Made by a program: the position numbers and the translations under genes
Source of the DNA: Octopus sinensis
Lineage: Eukaryota
Assembly (NCBI RefSeq): GCF_006345805.1
Contig: NC_043008.1
Location: 58,466,001-58,530,000, forward strand
Reading direction: 5' to 3'
Length of the DNA: 64,000 nucleotides
The notes under the pieces: model-generated
Told to the model about the DNA's origin: nothing
Seen by the model: only the letters and a program-made list of their open reading frames with translations
Database searches by the model: none
Part shown: piece by piece, positions 55,720 to 64,000 of the stretch
How the letters are laid out: each line of letters starts with the position of its first letter
Position numbering within the stretch: position 1 is the stretch's first letter

Positions 55720-57145
55720 GAACTCCACTTGTGTTTCTCATTCACACACACACACAAATATGTATACCGGAGTAAACACATAAATGTGAAGCAAGGTGGA
55801 AAACAGAGTACTCAAATACCAGGGGTAGAGTATATGCTTTATTTAAAAGCAGCAGAAATTCAACAAAACCTGTTAATCGGAGTTTCACGTTCCCGTTTGT
55901 CGGACAGTTTTGTTAAAATAGAACCGATATGACAATTCTATCAAGACTAGTATAAACGTTACACCTTTAAAAATGGACTTCAAAAATTCAAGAAGACAAA
56001 ATATACGCTATCCATATGGGATATTCGTGTTCGACATTTTGAATTTGGTTGCGTGCCTGCATGAGTTCAAAAGTTCGCTTCTTTGATTCAAAGAATTATT
56101 GTCTTTGAATAAAATGTAATATTTCTCTAACAAACAGAGATTGCATTTAAATGTGTGCCCCGTGCCTGTATGGTGCCGCTCTATCTAGAATGCTCCATGA
56201 CACGTTGAAAGGTGGGGCTTCTTTATCTTTTAGTTCCCAGACATATTTTGCCAGGCTGGTCTTTTTCCTATTTTCTGGGTATCGAAATTAATTTTTGTGC
56301 GAATAAAATCGCGTTTTAAAAGAATTTTCCGAAGCCCCTGTATAAGTCTTATATTCAGATGAGCCTTCTATTTGCACCTTAGCTCTATAAACGACCCCTT
56401 TTACCAAACATTTCCCTTCTAACAGACAGGAGGATTCATCTTTACAATTGCATTTTTTAAGAGGATCGGTACCATGCTTAATATCAATTAAATTCCTGTT
56501 GTGCTGGCTAATGCAAGAGGCGAAATTCCTGCAAGAAGAATAGCTAATCTTAAGGGTTCTTCTATTAAATATTCTATAAAATTTATGGTTCTGTTTAAAA
56601 TGCATGGAGACTAATTTCAAGAATTCCCTACCTATGTTTGTTTTTTTCGGCCAAATTGAAAGCTGGGTTGAACCACAAAACTCTCCTGGTGCCAGTTCTG
56701 CGCGCAGCATTACTACTAGCATTAAGCTGGTTGTACTGGATCTTCTCAGTGAATCCACTATTCCTTAATGCGCTATCGTAATAAGGTGCGGCATTTTGGA
56801 ATGCTGCCTCATCCGAAGAAATTGACGATATTCGTCTACCTACATTGCTGACTAAGTTCCTAAGAATAACTGGTGGATGGTCCGATTCTTAGCTAATATA
56901 CGATAGCTTGTCATTGGGCTTACGGCAAGGTTTAAATATATCCGACCTTATATTCAAATTTACATCTAAAAAATCTACACTTTTCAGGTTAGTATCTATC
57001 GTAACCCGCAAGCCCATCATTTGGAAGAATGCAATAAGGTCCTTCCTAAGTCTATCTGATTCATGACCGGGCACTGTTGAAGATCCGCTAAGTTACGAAG
57101 ACATCAACAAAATAATAATGGCCGTCAAGCTAAGGCATCCCATAC
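55720..57145 (-). mobile_element. 5'-truncated Penelope-like element (RT C-terminus, GIY-YIG endonuclease, 3' pLTR)
   Basis: DRLRKDLI...NLKSVDFLDVNLN; CNCKDESSCLLEGKC; GVVYRAKV...YTGASENSFKTRFYSH; TSLAKYVWELK; CNLCLLEK; LNQRSELLNSCRH; stop at 56008-56010. Several stops and frameshifts. Confidence 0.93.
55862..55914 (-). ncRNA. Decayed hammerhead in the Penelope 3' pLTR
   Basis: AACAAAACTGT-CCGACAA-ACG-GGAA-CGT-GAAA-CTCCGAT-TA-ACAGGTTTTGTT; 11-bp stem I; core changes U4C and G8A. Confidence 0.65.
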
Positions 57146-57148
57146 ACA

Positions 57149-57189
<41 letters not shown>

Positions 57190-57242
57190 CCATATATATA
57201 TATATATTTATTTATTTAGTTATTTATTTATTTATTTATATA

Positions 57243-57437
57243 TACCCAGAAAATAGGAAGAAGACCAGTCTGGCAAAATATGTCTGGGAACTAAAAGAAA
57301 AAGAAGCCCCACCTTTCAACGTGTCATGGAGCATTCTAGATAGAGCGGCACCATACAGGCACGGGGCACACAAGAAAAATTTTAAATGCAATCTCTGTTT
57401 GTTAGAGAAATATTACATTTTATTCAAAGACAATAAT
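57243..57437 (+). repeat. Inverted copy of the Penelope GIY-YIG C-terminus at the 5' end of the element
   Basis: Reverse complement of 56097-56283; it retains 8 nt that are deleted in the main copy. Confidence 0.92.
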
Positions 57438-57537
57438 ATATATATGTATGTATATATATAGCCGGTGCAGGGGAGCAGCTGGTACATGTGTCCTAACAAG
57501 TGTGCTCAGTGCCCTAGTTCCGTTTGTTCACTCACTC

Positions 57538-57583
<46 letters not shown>

Positions 57584-57604
57584 ATGTATATATATATATA
57601 TATG

Positions 57605-57659
<55 letters not shown>

Positions 57660-57759
57660 GTATGTATATATATATTATATATATATATATATATATATGT
57701 ATATGTATGTATGTATATATATATTATATATATATATATATATATGTATATGTATGTAT

Positions 57760-57791
<32 letters not shown>

Positions 57792-57818
57792 GTGTATGTA
57801 TGTATGTATATATATATA

Positions 57819-57858
<40 letters not shown>

Positions 57859-57921
57859 ATAGAAATGGTAAGACAACAAAAGAATGAAAGATACCTCGAT
57901 ATTATGTAAATAGAGGAAATT

Positions 57922-58112
57922 ATCTGTAAATATAATATGTGACAATTATTCAATAGCCATGATAAAACTCCGAGTTTCGGATGTCGGGGCCAGCAATTTT
58001 TCGATGGCCGGATAACTGAAGAGATGGCGGCGTGGGTTTCTGCCCCGACATCCGAAATTCGGAGTTTTATCATGGCTACCAAATAATTGCCACATATTAT
58101 ATTTACAGATAT
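57922..58112 (+). mobile_element. 190-bp fold-back element containing an intact-core hammerhead
   Basis: ~68-bp arms 57922-57990 and 58043-58112; hammerhead at 58011-58071; the right half is homologous to 12680-12800. Confidence 0.88.
58011..58071 (+). ncRNA. Type I hammerhead ribozyme motif, intact core
   Basis: GATAA-CTGAAGA-GATG...CATCC-GAAA-TTCGGAG-TT-TTATC; perfect 5-bp stem I; GUU site at 58066. Confidence 0.8.
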
Positions 58113-58127
58113 ACATACATGCATACA

Positions 58128-58160
<33 letters not shown>

Positions 58161-58252
58161 CAATAATAATAGTGATTGTTTCTTATTAGGAACAAGAATG
58201 TTAATAGCACTGCAAGAGAGGTGCTCATATAAATGAGACGAGTATATATATA

Positions 58253-58297
<45 letters not shown>

Positions 58298-58453
58298 ACA
58301 AAGTAGCAAGTTGAAAAGTTTTTGAGTTACTACTTATTACAAATTTAAAATCGACCATGTTGCATGTGAAGACACAGCTTGGATTTTTTCCTACCTACAT
58401 ATATATATATACATATATATGTGTATATATATAATATATATAATATATATATA

Positions 58454-58684
58454 CAGGGTTGGTCAAAAGTCCCCCGACAGTAAATTAAAATTCTATATAC
58501 ACTTAGTTTTCAATTTTATTTATTCATTCTAATTATGAATGTTTAATTGAAATTTGTGAGTTAAAATCGCTGTTTTTTCAACATTTGTCTATTTATTAGC
58601 GAAGTCTCGTATAATTCTTCTTTTGTTTTAATTTTGGAATTAAAGGGTTTTAATTTACTGTCAGGTGACTTTTGGCCAACCCTG
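58454..58684. mobile_element. Tc1/mariner-type MITE
   Basis: 37-bp TIRs CAGGGTTGG(T/C)CAAAAGTC(C/A)CC(C/T)GACAGTAAATTAAAA; TA on the left, TG on the right. Confidence 0.85.
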
Positions 58685-58715
58685 TGTATATGCACATTTA
58701 TATACCAGAGAGAGA

Positions 58716-58765
<50 letters not shown>

Positions 58766-59454
58766 GAGAGGAAAAAAGAGTGAGTGAGAGAGAGTGACTC
58801 ACATACATTTATATTGGTTTTGTACTGTAATGGTGAATGATAGAAAAATTTCGAAAAACCTTCAGGTAATGCAGGTGAGCGTTTGGCAAAATATGGAAAG
58901 TGATGCTTATGAAGTAAACCAAGACGAAATATTGTATTACCATACATAGTTTATTCCATGCCTCTATTCTATTTCGGTAAATATTCCCATTATCAAATAC
59001 AAGATAACAATATGTGTGAGAAATGATGTTATATCTGAACATTGATCAGAACAAAGAATCATCATCTGTCGATAACATTTTTTCACCAAACTCTGAGATG
59101 ATTTGATAAGGTGAATCTTCCCCTAAATATTATAGAAGGATTGCGTAGCTTTGTGTGAGAAGATATCTTGGTATTATCTTTATATATTGGTATCCCCTCC
59201 TGTATAGTTCCTAACATCACACCTGCATTGTTTAAAGCTTTTGAATATTTTTGTATCATTGATTTTAGGGTAAAATTGTTGTGTTGTACAGAAATATCAT
59301 ATTATGGCGCAATTTTCCATTCTCTGCCGAAATATGTACCACTTTGGTACCTATGTATATACTATACAGGTAAGGAGTCAAATATTAAATGATGTAAAAT
59401 ATATTGATATATTGGGAATTCAAAAATATTTTCCAAAAGGACGATGCCTTAAGC

Positions 59455-60531
59455 CAGGGGTCACCAAACATTTTTCGCGGGCCAGATAACAGAGAATGAT
59501 GAGCGTGGTGTGCATAATAATTTTGTTGAATACAATATAGTGAATACACACACACAAAAAAGACAACCAGCATATTTATTTACCAAAAAGTTATCAAAGG
59601 TGACGTTAGCAATAACATATTGGGTTGTCCGGAAAGTTCGTGCAGATTTTTAAAGGAAAGAAAAAGGTCAATACACACTTGCCATTACATTTTTAATCAA
59701 CCAAATATGAACCATTTTGTTTCACAATGCGTCTCCATCTTTCCTTTAACTTGAAAATACCCCCTTCCCAGAATTGAGGTGGTTTCATGGCAAAGAATTC
59801 ATCAGGGTATCTTTTTACGTCCCCGAAGGAATTGAAATTTTTACCATTAAGGCTATTCTGCAGAGACCTGAAGGAGCAATATCTGGTGAATATGGAGGGT
59901 TGGGTAACACATCCCAGCCGAGCTGCAGCAATTTTTGTTTGGTTCCCAAAACATCAAGTGCCGAAAATGAACTTTCTTATCTTTCATTTTAAAGGGTTAC
60001 AGAATTAACACAGGTTATAGGAACGTAAACCTTCTTCCATGAAAAGATAACTTAAACTCTAATTGGAGGTGTAGTCAAATCCTATTTTATGGAATCAACC
60101 ATGTTCTAAAATAAGTCGAAATATAAGCTACTATAAATCGGTACAAACTTTCCGGACAACCCAGTAGTTATATCACTCCCAGCGCTCACATATCTGAATC
60201 TCACAAACTAAGTAGCAAAAAAAGATTGTGAAACTGGTGTTTGGCTTTTAAAATATCATCTATACTTGCTTTGTAATTGCTGCATGCAACCAAAGGAATT
60301 GCATTCAAATGTTCACCAGTCAGAGTTGTTCGATGTGCTGATTTCACATACTACATTTTAGAAAATATTTGCTCACAGACATAAGTTGTTCCAAACACTG
60401 TTGCTATATCAGAAACAAATGAACTCTCATTACAGGTACTTATGCAAAAGGTACAGTGCGGCAGCGGGTGAGGAGATGAACTGATCTCGCGAGCCGGATA
60501 CGACATGCGGGTCGTGGTTTGGTGACCCCTC
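59455..60531 (-). mobile_element. Non-autonomous hAT (Charlie/SPIN-like) element
   Basis: TIR CAGGGGTCACCAAAC / GTTTGGTGACCCCTC; 8-bp TSD CCTTAAGC/CCTTAATC; dimerisation-domain remnant VFGTTYVCEQIFSKM*YVKSAHRTTLTGEHL at ~60225-60404 (minus). Confidence 0.9.
59620..60164 (-). mobile_element. Second deleted mariner copy, nested in the hAT element
   Basis: Same TIRs and TA flanks as 26608-27171, with a further small internal deletion. Confidence 0.93.
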
Positions 60532-61916
60532 CCTTAATCTAATGAAAAGTGCGTTGATAAATTTTTTACAGATCGGCTAAATGTGAATGTGGATTGCACT
60601 ATAATTGACGCTATAAGTTTATCTTAATATAAAATATAGTCTAATAAAACTAACTAATAATATGCACAGGTCGGCGTGCATCAGAATCATTAGTACGCTA
60701 GGGAAAATGCTTAGCGGTATTTCGTCCTTCTTTACATTCTAATTTGAACATCTGTCGTGGTCGTGTCTGCCTTCCATTCTTTCAGGGTCGATAAAATAAA
60801 TACCAGTAGAACAATGGGATCTATGTAATCGAATTTAACCCTCCCCGGAATTGCTGGACTTGTAACAAAATTTGAAACCTATATGTATATACGTGGCGGC
60901 ACCTGGACTAGTGGTTAGAGCAGCAGACTCGCGGTCGAGAGATCGCGGGTTCGAATCTCAGACCGGGCGATGTGTGTGTTTATGAGCGAAACACGTAAGC
61001 TCCACGCGGCTCCGGCAGAAGGTAATGGCAAACTCCTGCTGACTCTTTCGCCACAACTTTCTCTCACTCTTTCCTCCTGCATCTTGCAGCTCCCCTGCGA
61101 CGGACCGGCGTCCCGTTCAGGCGGGGAACCTTTACGCCAAGGAAACCGGGAAACCGGCCCTTATGAGCCAGGCAAGGCTCGAGAAGTGACAAACAACAAC
61201 AACAATAACATCTAACTGAAGCACTCGTGCCTCATGCCATCACTTCAGTGTTCCCCCTTACTGCACTACATTTCCTTATCCGCCTCCTAGCCGTAGTTTG
61301 TAATTCATTCACCTCTTTTTCCCTTCCACTAGCTTTCCGTTACATTGCAATGTCTCTAAGAATCGGCGTGCCGTCTAGGTGGGGAACCTATACGCCAAGG
61401 AAACCGGGAAACCGGCCCTAATGAGGCAGGCGTGGCTCCAAAAGGAACAAACATATGTATATACACAAACACATCATATACTTTGTACTTGGTATAAATT
61501 TTAGCTTCGTACTAAATATAATTACAACGAGAGTTATCTATTCGGTAGAAAGTTTGTTCATATTTTTGTCTCTTATACATATGTAAAACATATCTACTGA
61601 CATCCAAAACATATCTACTGGTTTTCCTACCCATAAGCTATTATTGCATATTTTCTTCTCACTATCAAATTATATTTGCATAAGAATAACATTTCTAAGG
61701 CGGATGCTTGTATAATTTTATTGCATTATGCAGGATTGTTCTATTTTCAATACGATTGCAATAATCAACGTGTTCATTTCTTAGTTTGAACTCAGGCTCT
61801 CACGCACACATACACAAGCACACACACATACCCACACATACACAAACACATAATCTCATACTCGCATACACACACACATTTATATACAATATGTATGTAC
61901 CTGCAAACCGGTTCAT

Positions 61917-61949
<33 letters not shown>

Positions 61950-62129
61950 TAAATATATATATATATATACATAATATATGTACACTCATATTCACGTACA
62001 TATATATCATATAAGCTTATCTGTATATATACACATACATGTGTGCGTATGTCTGTTTATATGCTTATATATATATATATATATACATACATACATGCAT
62101 ACATACACACACACATGCACACACATACA

Positions 62130-62161
<32 letters not shown>

Positions 62162-62205
62162 CATACATACATGCATACATACACACACACATGCACACAC
62201 ATACA

Positions 62206-62247
<42 letters not shown>

Positions 62248-64000
62248 TATAAGCATTGACATACGCACACTTCAACTCATACCTTTACACACACATATGC
62301 CTATGCTGTATTTGTATTAAAATTATTCGTGCAGAAATATTTCGTAAGGCTGTAGTTGCTTATCTTACACCGAATGATAATATTTTCTTTCAAAATTTCT
62401 TGAGAATTTCAGTTGGTAAGTTAGACACGATATGTTCGTTCACATAGTTAATTGACCTTCTGTAACAAGCTTCCCTAAAGATCAGAAACACGTCTGTCTT
62501 GAAATCGGTAAATGTAAATTGATGTTTGATATTAGTCTTGCCTAAAATTTCTTCGCTATCATTCAATTCGTTACATAGCTAAACAATTATTTTGTGTAAT
62601 TTAACGTGAAATGCTATGTATCTTAACTAGAAATATCTGATAATATAAGTGAAGTTGATATGTAGCTGAACTACAAGTCGAAGTTGTTAAACTAGAAGTG
62701 TTACGCATTATAAATTTATAATCCATTTTGTTGAACTATAGATGATAATTCCAGATTAAATTTCATTTAATTATTGCTACCACACCAGGTTTTTACTTAA
62801 TCAAGCTATCTGTCAGGTGTACATTATATATATGTAACTACTTCTTTCTCAATTACTTGACGTCTTGATAACAGTGAGGTTGCACACACTACTCCTGTTG
62901 ACTCTTAAAATGGCGCCTAGTGGTTGATGAAATATTTTACCTTCGACAAATATAGCGTTCTTAATGTTGAAGTGACAGCTGCCGTCTATTCCATACTGAA
63001 TTGGTAACATGTAGATATATCATATTTTGTAACATTGAAACAAAGCATTGGACGTAAATCTTTCATTAAGTGACATAGGTCATTAAATCATTCATGTTGA
63101 TAAAATAACTCTTTTTCTTCACAAATTTACGACTCAACGTAATTGCCATTGCAGCCGATTCATTTGAGATATCACTGAATCTATATTTCGAATCCTCTTT
63201 GATAAAAACTTGCGTACCTTATTTTTTTCTGTCATTGTCACGTAATCTTTGACTCGAAGACAATTCTTCATTAGACATAAACAGGTGGACGTTTGAGGTT
63301 ACTAGGTTTGGACTGTACTGTGGATGAAAGCGCATTGGTCAGCACAGTTTCTTGGCTTATTGATACGTAGACAAAAATGTGTTAGTAGCGCATTATCATT
63401 GTGAATGTGGATCGTTTTCAGATTATTGCTTGGTCACTTTTGTGTCAATATGTCGCTCTCTGTTGACAGTGCAGGTACATTCAGGAATACCAATGAGAAT
63501 GACATCCCTATTATTCCAATACGGTTACTACGATTTACCATTGTAGGTTATGACTCTGAAGAAAAGGTGGGACGCCATTCTATGGATTAAGCTTTCATTT
63601 CCACATCATAATGATATGCTCAAGACAGCAAAGAAGCATATTTTCATTGGCTTCAAATGCTTCCAACAAACCAGAGTAGACTTGAGCCCTGCTATCCTTC
63701 AAAATGGATGCCGAGTTACTCATGTTATGCACACTTTCCGATATCAAAACCTAACTCTAACTTTTGTAATGTATTTTGACCATAGTTAATTTGTGCAACA
63801 AACTCACTGAATGGGTCTCGGCTGTTCCCAGAATCAATTCATTTCGTCGCTAGCCATTCGAATCGGTGGTCACAGTCGATAGATTCCCACTGAGCGGTCA
63901 ATTTTTCTTTGCTGGTTTCCATTTGTTTAAACTTCATCGATCGGTGTATATTGTTATCCTTGTCAAAGGCGTCGCATCTGTAACACGGGATGTAGTTCCC

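Overview
AT-rich, microsatellite-saturated eukaryotic non-coding DNA. The SINE families and repeat landscape look most like an octopus (coleoid cephalopod) genome; that assignment is an inference from recall, not a database result. No host gene can be identified with confidence; there are only three weak exon candidates. Most ORF-track entries are translated microsatellites or antisense shadows of transposons. Supported content: a 5'-truncated Tx1/L1-clade LINE with one premature stop, a Penelope-like element (PLE; RT + GIY-YIG) with an inverted 5' repeat, an older PLE relic, an RTE 3' end, two internally deleted mariners (one nested in a hAT element with an 8-bp TSD), a Tc1/mariner MITE, Helitron-type elements, about 35 SINE copies of five modular families, and a 100-N gap. 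The main result of the hunt is a dense population of type I hammerhead ribozyme motifs. Seven have an intact CUGANGA/GAAA/UH core and about eight more are variant or decayed. Nearly all have a palindromic stem III. Several sit in short fold-back elements that mimic MITEs but share the architecture of the Penelope copy (unit plus an inverted copy of its 3' end at its 5' end). A second system is a Tx1 LINE, a 1-kb passenger element and a SINE family that share one 3' tail. All alignments and folds were done by eye; no ribozyme activity is demonstrated.
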